Shown here in pieces: positions 11,949 to 23,698 of a DNA stretch of 64,000 bases. Position 1 is the first letter of the stretch. Each line of letters opens with the position of its first letter. A program made the translations under genes and the position numbers. The DNA is from Reclinomonas americana ATCC 50394 (taxonomy: Eukaryota), in contig PS015030.1 of assembly GCA_048213135.1 (NCBI GenBank), positions 59,361-123,360 of the forward strand, written 5' to 3'. The notes beneath the pieces were generated by a model. That model saw only the letters and a list, made by a program, of their open reading frames with translations. It did not search any database and was not told where the DNA came from.

Positions 11949-12269
11949 GCACACATACTAATACACACAAAGACGAAGAGACGAGCAGAAACGGAAAGAA
12001 ACATCAGCGAGACAAAGTGTGCAGGGTCAACAAGTTGGAGAAAGAGACACAGGAAACACGACGAGAAGTGGACAGCGAATGCAGGCGCCATCGCACGAGA
12101 AAGATCATCGCGGGGAAAAGAAAGTGTGTGGACAACAAACAAGGAGAAATTGACGGTAGGAGACACTGACAGAGTGAGTGTGCGACGATGAAGTATAACG
12201 AGGGGAGAGAGAGAGAAGTGACGAAAGTACGTGAACGCCTTCCCCTCCCTCACGCCACCCACGACTCAC

Positions 12270-13248
12270 ATTCGGCTCCGTCTTCGGTCCGTAGCGGCAG
12301 ATGAACTGGCCGTCGCGGCTGATCAGGAACTGCAGCAACAACGTCAGACACACAAAGAACACACATCGCATCGCCGTGACCGCGAGACGCACCTTGGCAA
12401 AGTTCTAGCAAGAAAACAGAAGCAGAAACAGTGAGCAACAGCGATCAACAAACGCACAAATCCACCCGATCGACGCACCCACGAAATGCGCTGTGCACAT
12501 CAACACCACGAATTTAGTAGTGCGCGAAAATTACCTCATGAGCATGGGGGAAACGCAACGCTGCCACCAGACTTGAACTTCAGCCACTTGTACAGTGGGT
12601 GAGCATCGTCGCCGTTCACCTTGATCTTGTCAAAGGCGGGGAATCGCACGCCCTTGCCGTCCATGAACTCGCGAATGTCCTGCGCGTTACCCTGCGCAAT
12701 GGCAAACGAGATGACAGTGAGGACGGATGACTAATAGAGGCATGCGAACATGCTGGGCTCACCGGCTGCGTAATGGCAAAGAGAGCGTGATAATCGATTG
12801 CAATGAGACAAGAGCACACAGATAAAGGTGAGGAAGACGGGAAGAGAGCCTGACCTCCTGGAACAAGAACCTGCATCACATACAAGCACGCATGTCAGCG
12901 CTGGTGGGGGAAGACTCATCAGCGTGTGGAAGGGAGGGCGTAACTGGTTGCACGGGAACGCCTGATCCAACAAAGGGAGACGGTAAGAGTGAGGAAAAGG
13001 ACACAAATGACGTAGGAGTGACGCGAGCGCACCAGAATGACTGCACCATGGCAAGAAAGTGAGCACGCCACGCAGATGCGAGAGGAAACAAAAGACAAGC
13101 GTCCACTCACCGAGCCCAGCAGCCTCGTGCTTGTTGTAAATCTCCACCAGTTGTGCTGCGCCAGACATACGCGGTGAGGCAAGGCAGATCTCCCGAGACA
13201 CACACGCGAGTGCACTCACCATAGTTTTTGGCAGTCAAACCTGCGCCA
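12270..13248 (-). CDS. Glutathione peroxidase (PHGPx/GPx4-like), partial; 5' exons with the catalytic Cys/Sec codon and the last exon(s) probably lie in gaps
   Basis: Ten exons splice to GLTAKNYAQLVEIYNKHEAAGLVILAFPCNQFLFQEPGNAQDIREFMDGKGVRFPAFDKIKVNGDDAHPLYKWLKFKSGGSRISWNFAKFLISRDGQFICRYGPKTEPN, containing the GPx motifs AFPCNQF, QEPG, VNG..AHPLYKWL and WNFxKFL. Confidence 0.92.
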
Positions 13249-13285
13249 AAGAAGGGACGGTACAGATGAGAAGCAAGTCGTGAAG

Positions 13286-13336
<51 letters not shown>

Positions 13337-14041
13337 AAGAGAGAGAGAGAGAGAGACGAACGAACGACGAAGAGTAGTACGACGGACGGACGGACGACGA
13401 CGAACGAAACGTAACTACGACGTACGTACGTACGTACGTACGTAACCCGTANNNNNNNNNNNNNNNNNNNNNNNNNNNNNNNNNNNNNNNNNNNNNNNNN
13501 NNNNNNNNNNNNNNNNNNNNNNNNNNNNNNNNNNNNNNNNNNNNNNNNNNNNNNNNNNNNNNNNNNNNNNNNNNNNNNNNNNNNNNNNNNNNNNNNNNNN
13601 NNNNNNNNNNNNNNNNNNNNNNNNNNNNNNNNNNNNNNNNNNNNNNNNNNNNNNNNNNNNNNNNNNNNNNNNNNNNNNNNNNNNNNNNNNNNNNNNNNNN
13701 NNNNNNNNNNNNNNNNNNNNNNNNNNNNNNNNNNNNNNNNNNNNNNNNNNNNNNNNNNNNNNNNNNNNNNNNNNNNNNNNNNNNNNNNNNNNNNNNNNNN
13801 NNNNNNNNNNNNNNNNNNNNNNNNNNNNNNNNNNNNNNNNNNNNNNNNNNNNNNNNNNNNNNNNNNNNNNNNNNNNNNNNNNNNNNNNNNNNNNNNNNNN
13901 NNNNNNNNNNNNNNNNNNNNNNNNNNNNNNNNNNNNNNNNNNNNNNNNNNNNNNNNNNNNNNNNNNNNNNNNNNNNNNNNNNNNNNNNNNNNNNNNNNNN
14001 GAAGAGTAAGACGTACGAGAGAGAGAGTAGTAGTAGAGAGG

Positions 14042-14082
<41 letters not shown>

Positions 14083-14149
14083 AGAGTAAGAGAGAGAGAT
14101 GAAGGCAAAGCCAAGATGACTGCAGGCGACGAGCAACGAAATCACGACT

Positions 14150-15190
14150 GCATGCGCTCAAAAGTCTCGAAGTCTGCGTGCACAAGGAGTGTACAACTCA
14201 AACAAGTCGACCGTGTGCAATCTATGTGGCTGTGAAGAGAAGAGAACACACATTTGAACTGTGACACGTCGACGTAGAGAAGAGTCACAAGCCGACAATG
14301 AAACGACACTGAAAAGGGCAATCTGAGCGCTTGTGAACAATGGACTCTTATTCGGCGTTGAGCACTGCGGAACACAGCCAAACAAGCACTACGGATAGCA
14401 CTCGGTGCTTGCATGTGCGCAATGAACTCTAACAAGAGGTGCAATCTGTACGTCTGTAGAGAGCACAGCGCGAGTCGACTGTAGTTTGCTGCAGAGAAGA
14501 GCGCACTCGCTGCGATACAAGATGACTGAGTGCAATCTGTGTGCGCGGGCAGAGAGGAGCACAGTAAGATGACAGTAGAGATGCACAGAAGTAAATACAC
14601 GTTGCCATGCATGTCAACTTAGTGGCTGCAAAGAGGAGCACACAAGTCTGCTGTGTGATGGCGCAGAGAAGAACACTATACAAGTCGACTATGAGCAAGC
14701 AAAGTATCTGAGCAGAGACGACCACACAAAGACGACAGCGGTGGCGCACAGAGAAGAGCACATGCTGTGATACAAGACGACTGAGTGCAACCTGTGCGTC
14801 TACAGAGAGGAGCACACAAGGATGCACAGAAGATCGCACACACGGTGCACTGCATGTCATCTTTGTGCCTGCGAAGAGAAGAGCACTAGTCCGCTGTGCG
14901 ATGACACAGAAAGGAGCACACACGCTGCCACACACGACGACTGCGCGCAAGCATAGATAACAGCACGAGTCGACTGTGGGATAGAGCACAGAACAGCACT
15001 GCGATACAAGACGTCTGAGTACAATCTGTGTGCCCGGGCAGAGAGAAGCACACATGTCGACAGTGCTGAAGCACAGAAGAGCACGCACGCTGCAATGCAT
15101 GTAGACTGTATGAAGTGAAGAGCACAAGTCCGCTGTGTGATGACAGAGACATGCCTCTCTGTGCATCTGGGCGGATAGATCTGCACGAGT
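14150..15190. repeat. Degenerate tandem satellite
   Basis: Recurrent cagagaagagcac, gatacaagacgactgagtgcaatctgtgtgc and agtcgactgt motifs. Confidence 0.8.
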
Positions 15191-16212
15191 GCTTGCTCTC
15201 ATCCCTCTCCCCAACAGTGCGTCTTTACAGAAAAGAACACACTGATATGCCTGCGCTTTATCACCTCAACTCACCTCATTTCGATGCCACGTTCACGACA
15301 AGTACCACCTTGCCTGTAATAGAATATCAATCAGTCAAAAAAACGACTCCGACAATCATCGGAGAATTACTGATCATCACACACACACACTCACCTCGGA
15401 ACGTTGACATGGGAACCACAGGCGAGCCGCCCAGCGCAGCCGCCTCAAAGTCATAAAACCCCTGTTATGTGAGTGTGTGTGTGTCATCAGTGAGACATTG
15501 TGTCGCCACTCTCTCTCTCTCACAGACAAAGAGAGGCAGCAGCAGCAACGCACTTTCTGGGACACGCTGTCCCATTCCGACGTGGACTGTGCAGCAAATG
15601 TGAGAAGCGAGGAGTGTGTGCAAACAAAAAAGAGAGAGATTGCCACCACACAAACACACACACACAAGCGCATTGCAAGAGAATCTCAGCGCACACGCAG
15701 AGTGAGAGTGACATAGGAGAGAGAGAAGAGACGCACACTGCTCCCACAACCCATTCTTGTTGAGTTGATGATGCGACTGAAGAAGGACATACGTCGGACA
15801 CACAACGTCGCAAACAACATTTCGCGCGCACACACACACACACACAGAGAGAGAGAGCGAGAGAGGTGCGCACACACACAGTGAGAGAGAGTGAAGCCAG
15901 CGGGGTTACGCACACTCCGGTTTCCCATTTCGATTCTCTCGCGCGGACGAGCGGGACATCGACGTTCATCGCGAGTTGTCGCCCACGGCTGCTCACCGGT
16001 GCATGTGGAAAAGCAGTATGAGAAGTGGAAGAGCGCATATGTGGGAGAGCGACTGCGCACATGGAAGTGACTTCGCTGGCCGGTGTTCGGTTTCCGAACT
16101 TTTTTCTTGCATTCCTCTCTTCATTTTCCCCAGAGATCGGCAACTGTAAAGGCTCCTTTCTGCGAGCGTATATNNNNNNNNNNNNNNNNNNNNCTCTCTC
16201 TCTCTCTCCACC

Positions 16213-16256
<44 letters not shown>

Positions 16257-16326
16257 CCCGCCACACATCGTGATTGACAACTCCCCTTCTTTCTCTCTCA
16301 CTCTCTTCTCTCCTCATTCCTCACAG

Positions 16327-18939
16327 ACCACCTCAGTGGCCTCACGCCCTCGTGGGACTTTGGCACCATCTACTGCTCACCCGTGACCAAGAGCCTCCTT
16401 CGACGACGCTTTGGCCTGCCCGACAGTCGCGTGGTCAGTCAGTGCCCTCGTCTCACTCTCCTCCCTCTTGCTCTCTGTCTGAGAGAGTCCCATGCAGATC
16501 GCCCTTCGCCCTGGCGAGACCCGCAGCATCGTGGACGCGCGCACAGGCAGTGTCGAGTGCCACCTCGTGGCCTTTGATGCCAACCACTGCCCGGGCTCCT
16601 TCATGTTCCTGCTCACCGACCACCGTCACGTCGGCAATGTACTGTGTACAGGCGACTTCCGATTCGATCCCGCCCGCCACAACAGCGACTTTCTCAGCCA
16701 GCTCCCCTCGCGCGTCGATGTCATGTACGTCGATGATACGTATGTGTTTCCCGGCATGGAGTTCCCGCCGCAGCATGTGGTCGCCGCGCAGCTTACGCGC
16801 CAGTTGTGCGAGGAGTACGACGGATATCGCGTGTATGTGGGCATTGATTCGCTGGGGAAGGAGACGCTGCTGGTGCAGGTGGCCGAGGCGTGTCAGTCGC
16901 TGGTGCATGTGTCGACGGCGCGTCTCTTGGCGCTGCATGATATTGCGGGGGCGGCGGAGGAGGTGCCGGAGGATTTGTGTGCGGCGAGCGTGGCGCGCTG
17001 CTTGCACTATTTCGTGGATCAAGAGGAGGAGGAGGAGAAGAAGAAGGGACGGCGGCGGCAGCAGCAGCAGCAGCAGGAGGCGCCGTCGTGCCGCGTGTTT
17101 GTGTTGCCGAAGCGGGAGTTGACGGAGGCGTTGTTGCGTGCAGATGAGGGGAAGAGAAATGGTTTACTTGGCGCTCATTCGCTGCCCCCCCACTCGCGCA
17201 GCATTGCCAAGCAGCACGCCGAGTACCCCAGTGTCGGCATCCTGCCAACCGGGTGGGCGGCCATGGGCGCACAGTCGTCTGCCGCCGCTGAACAAGAACC
17301 ACAGCCACAGCATCCGGTTCCCGACACGCCCACCACGGAGACACAGAAGACCGTGGTTTCGCGAGCCATCACCTCGGCGCTGTCGGTCGTCCTTCACCAC
17401 CCACCCGCCACCACCACCAAGCTGCTTCTGCGCGTGCCGTACTCGCTTCACTCGTCGTCCAGCGAGCTGCGCGAGTTTGTGCGGCGAGTGAAGCCGCTGC
17501 GGCTGGTGAGTGCGTCGCGTCAGGACAACCTCGCGCTCCAGCGACAACTCGGCATTCCAGCGGCACTCGGCACCGACAGTGCCAGTGGTAGTGGCGCTGT
17601 CGCGGATTGCGCCACTGGCGCCACCTCCTCCAATGGGCGAAAGGCGCGGTCGGCGGTCGGCGTGCTGCAGCCGTTGTCACCCGAGGAGTGTCGACAGGCG
17701 GCAGTGTTGAGGAAGAAGTGGTGCGTGTGACTTGCCAAGTGTGACTTCTCTTTCTGCGCAGTCATGTGCTCGTTCCTTCCCCACCGCTTCCTTGTTCAGC
17801 TATCAGATCGTTGCTGTGTGCTTGTACCTGCACTCTTTTCTTGTCTGCCAGTTGTGCTTGCCCTTGCTCCGCTGGTGTACTTCTGTTGTTGCCTATTCAA
17901 TCCGCTGCTATGTTGTGTGTCCGTCCACCTGTCCATCTCGTTGCTGTGTTTGTTTGTTTCATGCACTCTGGACTCGACTGCTAAGTTGTTTGCCAGTTCT
18001 GCTTGCCCTTCTACTCAGCTGCCCGTCGTTGTTGTGGTTGACGATTGTATGTTCAGTCTGTGCTCACTTGTCTGTACCATCCTTTTTGTCTTTTTCGCCA
18101 TTCCATTGCTTCACTGTGGTGGCTGTCGCCTGTCTTCTGTGTTTCTTGAACATCCTTAGTTTCCAAACAATGTGCTTCACTTGCCACATTTTGTTGCTTC
18201 CCTGCGTCTCTGATCCTCCTTCCCGACCCCTCCTCCCTCTCCTTCCCCTCCTTCCCCTCCTTCTCCTCCATGCTCGCTATTTCCACCTCCTTCCCCCTTC
18301 CCCTTCCCCCCTCCTTTCCCCTCATTCTCCAGTTTCCCCTCCTTCCCCCTCCTTCCCCTTCTCTTCCCCTTCTCTTCCCCCTCCCTCCCCCTCCTTTCCC
18401 CTCCTTCCCCCACCTTCCCTTCCCCCTCCCCCTCTTTTCTTCTAATTTCCCTCGCCAGGTCCAACGCCGCCATGGGCATCATCTCCAAACCCGACGCCAG
18501 CGAGGAGGCGGCCTGTGGCGGCGGCGGCGGTGGCGACCCGATGGAGGCCGGCGCAGAGGAAGACGAAGACGGCGCAGTGCTCATCAAGCTGCCCAAACTC
18601 CACCATCGGCGTCGCCATCGCGCGTCAGACCCTCCACCCCCAACTACTGCTGCTGCTCCACTTCCACCTCCGCCACCGCCACCACCACCACCAATACTGT
18701 CTCCCGCGTCGTCATCGGTATCCTCCGCCGGCCCCATGTCCACCGACGAGAACACCGAGAGTGGCGAGGGACGACGCAAGCTGCCCGAGTTCCTGCGTCG
18801 CCGGCGACACTCGGAAATGTCGGTGGACAGCCCATCGGCGGCGACCCTCGCACCGGCCGAGAAGCGGCCTCGCGCCGGCACCGCCAGCTCTGCCACTCTG
18901 CAGAAACTGGCCGCTCTGCTGCAAAGTCGCCATCGCTGA
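16327..18939 (+). CDS. SNM1/Apollo/Artemis-family (DCLRE1) metallo-beta-lactamase/beta-CASP nuclease; 5' exon not resolved
   Basis: DHLSGL...IYCSPVT, DANHCPGS, TGDFRF, YVDDTY, IDSLGKE, ILPTGW, VPYSLHSS..EL..FV. An intron from ~17721 to 18458 joins a low-complexity C-terminal exon ending at 18939. Confidence 0.88.
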
Positions 18940-19320
18940 AGGCTCACCCTCAAGGCAAAGCGATATCAATGGAAGAGGATCGCCGGCTGACGAACAACCG
19001 AAGGATCAGCCGTGCCAGCGACGAGCCGGCCGAGAGCGACATGAACTCATGGACAGATATCGAGTAAAAAAGACAACTGCCCTTCCTCCTCCTCTTAAAT
19101 CACACGCCTNNNNNNNNNNNNNNNNNNNNGACAACCCGGCCAGCACAACAACACAATAATAGAAGCCACGATTTCACTCCCTCCTCCGACGCACACGCAC
19201 GCCACGACGTTTCACGACACACACTCAAATCAGCAGCTGCATCACGCCGCCGCACACGCGCACACCAAACAAGGACAAGAGCGCCACACGCCGCCACCAC
19301 TACTGCTGTTGATGCGAGTT

Positions 19321-20574
19321 TTAGTCAAAGAGCGAGAAGCCCATGTCCTCCTCCTCCGGCTCTGGCTCCGGCTCCTTCGCCTTGGCGGGAGCAGCGGCAG
19401 CAGCCTTGCCGGCAGCCGGTGCGGCAGCCGCAGCGGGCGCAGCAGCAGCAGCGGGGCGGCCAATCGGCACCGACGACAGCTTGCTCTTGCCAGCCTCAAT
19501 CACCTANNNNNNNNNNNNNNNNNNNNNNNNNNNNNNNNNNNNNNNNNNNNNNNNNNNNNNNNNNNNNNNNNNNNNNNNNNNNNNNNNNNNNNNNNNNNNN
19601 NNNNNNNNNNNNNNNNNNNNNNNNNNNNNNNNNNNNNNNNNNNNNNNNNNNNNNNNNNNNNNNNNNNNNNNNNNNNNNNNNNNNNNNNNNNNNNNNNNNN
19701 NNNNNNNNNNNNNNNNNNNNNNNNNNNNNNNNNNNNNNNNNNNNNNNNNNNNNNNNNNNNNNNNNNNNNNNNNNNNNNNNNNNNNNNNNNNNNNNNNNNN
19801 NNNNNNNNNNNNNNNNNNNNNNNNNNNNNNNNNNNNNNNNNNNNNNNNNNNNNNNNNNNNNNNNNNNNNNNNNNNNNNNNNNNNNNNNNNNNNNNNNNNN
19901 NNNNNNNNNNNNNNNNNNNNNNNNNNNNNNNNNNNNNNNNNNNNNNNNNNNNNNNNNNNNNNNNNNNNNNNNNNNNNNNNNNNNNNNNNNNNNNNNNNNN
20001 NNNNNNNNNNNNNNNNNNNNNNNNNNNNNTACGCAAAATCGAAATGAGCGGGCGTGTTATGTAGACCAGCTTATGTAGACTATGAATGCGCAACGTCGTC
20101 CAGCTTCTTTCCAGCCACCTCGTGCACCAGTGCCTGGATGCGGTCGCGCTCGACCTCCACACCACCAGCCTCCAGAATCGCGGCAACGCGATCGACAGAG
20201 GGGTTGTTGTCGCCGGCGAGGACCTGTGTTCGTGTCGTGTGTGTGGTGTGAGTGCACATGCACATTGCCATGGCGACAGACACCCGCTCACGCGCGCGCA
20301 TGTGTGAAGAGTGTATAGAGAGAGACAGTCGCTCTGACAGAGGTGTGTGTGAAAGGGAGCGAAGAGCGGCGTGAGTGAGTGGCCGCGAGTGAGTGAGCCA
20401 CATTTGGGCGCCATCACGGGTCACCACCCTTCCCCACCACTGCTCTCCATCCACACACCCTCTCACAACAGTTCTATAAGAGTGCATGTGCGTGCACTGT
20501 GTGCTGCGGTGGTGCGTGTAAAGGGACGGGGGCCGGGGACTCACCGCCAACATGTACGCCGCGATGTTCTTCAT
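19321..20574 (-). CDS. RPLP2: 60S acidic ribosomal protein P2
   Basis: MKNIAAYMLA / VLAGDNNPSVDRVAAILEAGGVEVE...VAGKKLDD / VIEAGKSKLSSVP...Ala-rich hinge...EEEDMGFSLFD*. Confidence 0.96.
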
Positions 20575-21196
20575 GATGGAACGAGTGACCTTGTGGCAAG
20601 CGAAACGCTGTGACACGCACGACGAAAGGAAGGACAGAAATGGATGAGTGAGGCGAGGCGGGCAGGAGAGAAAACGGAAACGACGTGATCCGCGCTCGTT
20701 CACACCTCGTGGATTTCAGTGAACAAGCGACCGATGGACGTCCGATAAAATCCAGCGACGTCACTGGAAGGATGGGAGGCCAGCGCGCTGACGGCCATCC
20801 AGTGAAAAGGAATGCCCGTGCGTGAGAGAGAGGCGGCGACGCAGTGGTAAAATTGAAAACGTCGACGGATCGAGAATTCGAATCCGGATCCGGCATGCAA
20901 GGAAGAAGGCAGGAAGCGGGCTAAGGAGCGTATGCAGCTCACAGAGGGCGAGGCTATGGCGACCTTGTCACCGGCAGAGCGCGTTTGCTTGCACAGCTGC
21001 AGACAAAACCGAGGTCGACGTCGACTTCGATCCGTACTTTACACTCTGAGCCCACGGCAACGCAACATGCAGCTGTGCGACGGCCTGCGCGACTGTCCGC
21101 ACTCCACAGCGTCGCACTACGCGACGAAACCCCTCAGTTTTGTCGTGTTGTCCCACACACCCAATTTTCCTTCTGCAAGAGAGAGAGCTCGACGGC

Positions 21197-23283
21197 ATGA
21201 GTTCCCAAAACGTTCCCTTCACCATGCACTCACAACCCGTCAACGCCGCCTCCCGCGCCTCCGCCGCCTCGGCCAATTCACCCTCCGGTTCCGGTTCCCC
21301 GTCAAGCAGCGCCCGCCCGATCTCCGTGCGGAGCGCAAACTCCCAATCGGGCTCTGGTGGCAGCGCAACGGCGACAGCAGTGCCTGTAGGCTCCGCGGGA
21401 AGCGCATCGGGATCGGCTCCGCGGAGCTCGTATGAGAGAGCGCGCGCGGCGGGGTTTACACCAGAGGCCTCGTTGCAGAGATTGGGTGCGTACTGCGAGT
21501 GAGAGGGAAGTGGGAGGGGGGTAGAGAGCGCCTTCTACGCCCACTCTTTTGTGAGGATGAGTGTGTGTGGAGAGAGAGTGCTTCTCTCTTGGTCTCTCGG
21601 TCATCGAAGTGAGGAAGTGTACTTTGTGGTGAAGTGCAACAGGCTGTAGCTTCTGTCTCCCTCTGTCTCTCTCTCTCTCTCCTCCCTCCCTCCTCTCTCT
21701 CTCTCTCTCTCTCCTGTGTGTATGTGTGAGTGTCGCCTTGTACTCCTCAATCGTGATCAAAGTGTGCACCTCCAACTCCTCTCTCTTCTGTTTGCAGGAG
21801 TGAGGGAGAGCAGTGCAGTCGCGCCTCCTTTTGCTTGTCTTCTGTGATGATCGCGTGTGATACCCTGTGCTTCTTCTCTCTTGTCTGTCGACCAATGTGT
21901 GAGCATCAACTCTTCTGCTCCTCTTCTGTTTGTGCGTGGTGGTAATGATCAGCGTGCACTGGAGAGCAGTGCACCTTCAGCCTCTCTGTTGTGCGTGTGC
22001 GTTTGGGGCGCAGCGTGGGAGTGCCACTGACCGACATTTCGCACCCTCTCTCACTCACACTCTCTCGCGCAGAGAACTCGTTGGATCGCTCACAAGGACG
22101 CGCTGCGACTCGCTTTGAGCCGACACCGCGACAGCGCACAGTTGGCTTTGAGGTTGGCGGCAATGCACCGTCCTCCGGTACTGGATCATCTGCTGGTGCC
22201 TCTGCTGGTGGTGCTGCTGCTGGAGGTGCAGCGGGAGGAGGTGAGAAGGCTGCCCGGCCTCCGCGCTCGTCGCTGGCCACGTCACAGCAACCCGCGGCAG
22301 CGGGTGGCTCCAGTGCTGCTGCTGCCGCCTCTGTCACACCGTCGGCAGCTGCAGGATCGTCATCGACAAGTGCGACTCCAGCTGCTGCGTCTGCTGCCGC
22401 TCCGGCCGCTGCCGCAGGTGCCGATGGATCGAGCAAGCCGCTCAGTGGCAAGGAGCTGAAGGCGGCCAAGAAGGCGGAGAAGGCGGCGCGGAGAAGCGCA
22501 AAGAAGCCAGAGTTGCGATACAACTCTTTGCTGTTGCCTTGACTGCACAGTGGCTGATGTTGGCTCTTGCAGAGATGGTGTGTCGTCCGGTGGTCCGCCG
22601 GCGTCACACGCAGGTGGTGGGCGTGGTGGTGGCGGTGCAGGTGGATCGACGGGTTCGTCATCGTCGTCGTCGACTGCTGCGGCTACTCCTGCCGCCGCCG
22701 GCGGTGGCGGTGGAGCAGCGTCGGCAGGGGCGTCGGCGGGTGGAAGTGGTGCGGCGGCGGCAGCAGTACCAAAGGCGCGCAAAGTACGGACGCAGCTGCA
22801 GAAGAAGCACCAGTTCTTCTCGCACCTTCCGCAGCACGAGCGCGAGACGAGCATCACACAGAACATCAAGTTCTCCGACAAGGACTCGTTGGTGCATCCG
22901 ACGGTCGTGCGACTGGCGCTGGAGTACTCACAGGGCACCATCATTGGCTCGAATGCGCGCTGCCTGGCCATGCTGCAGGCATTTTGTGATGTGAGTGCGT
23001 TCTCGACAAGTGAGGATGAGTGAGGCAGTGTGATTAATCCCCTCTTCCTCAATCTCGTGCAGGCGGTGGCCGGCTGGGATCCCTCCATGGAAGACGGTCG
23101 CTTGCGCAGCGATTATGCGCGTGCCCTCATCACATATCTCGGTCACCAGATCACCTTCCTCGAGCAGTCGCGCACCAAGAGCATCGGCATGGGCAACGCC
23201 ATTCGCACCCTGAAGGCTCAAATCCAGCGCGACGACAAGTCGACCACGACCCTCACAGACGTTTCGTCCAACCCATACTCTCG
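21197..23283 (+). CDS. EIF2B4: Translation initiation factor eIF2B subunit delta; 3' part lost at gap
   Basis: Low-complexity N-terminus, KELKAAKKAEKAARR, FFSHLPQ, VHPTVVRLALEYSQGTIIGSNARCLAMLQAF, FLEQSRTKSIGMGNAIR. Confidence 0.9.
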
Positions 23284-23698
23284 NNNNNNNNNNNNNNNNN
23301 NNNNNNNNNNNNNNNNNNNNNNNNNNNNNNNNNNNNNNNNNNNNNNNNNNNNNNNNNNNNNNNNNNNNNNNNNNNNNNNNNNNNNNNNNNNNNNNNNNNN
23401 NNNNNNNNNNNNNNNNNNNNNNNNNNNNNNNNNNNNNNNNNNNNNNNNNNNNNNNNNNNNNNNNNNNNNNNNNNNNNNNNNNNNNNNNNNNNNNNNNNNN
23501 NNNNNNNNNNNNNNNNNNNNNNNNNNNNNNNNNNNNNNNNNNNNNNNNNNNNNNNNNNNNNNNNNNNNNNNNNNNNNNNNNNNNNNNNNNNNNNNNNNNT
23601 ATCAAAACCAAAAAAACATCTCGCAAAACAAATTATGGGTTCCGAGTGATGAAGAAGAAGAATCACTGTTTTTTCTCGCATGAACGGCTGTCGCCTGC

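Noticed and set aside
13355-13451. (TACG)n/(GAC)n-like runs at gap edges (also ~14001-14040, 28338-28420, 51120-51177)
   Set aside because: They occur only at contig ends after GA tracts and mirror the TACG pyrosequencing flow order, so they are most likely read-end noise.
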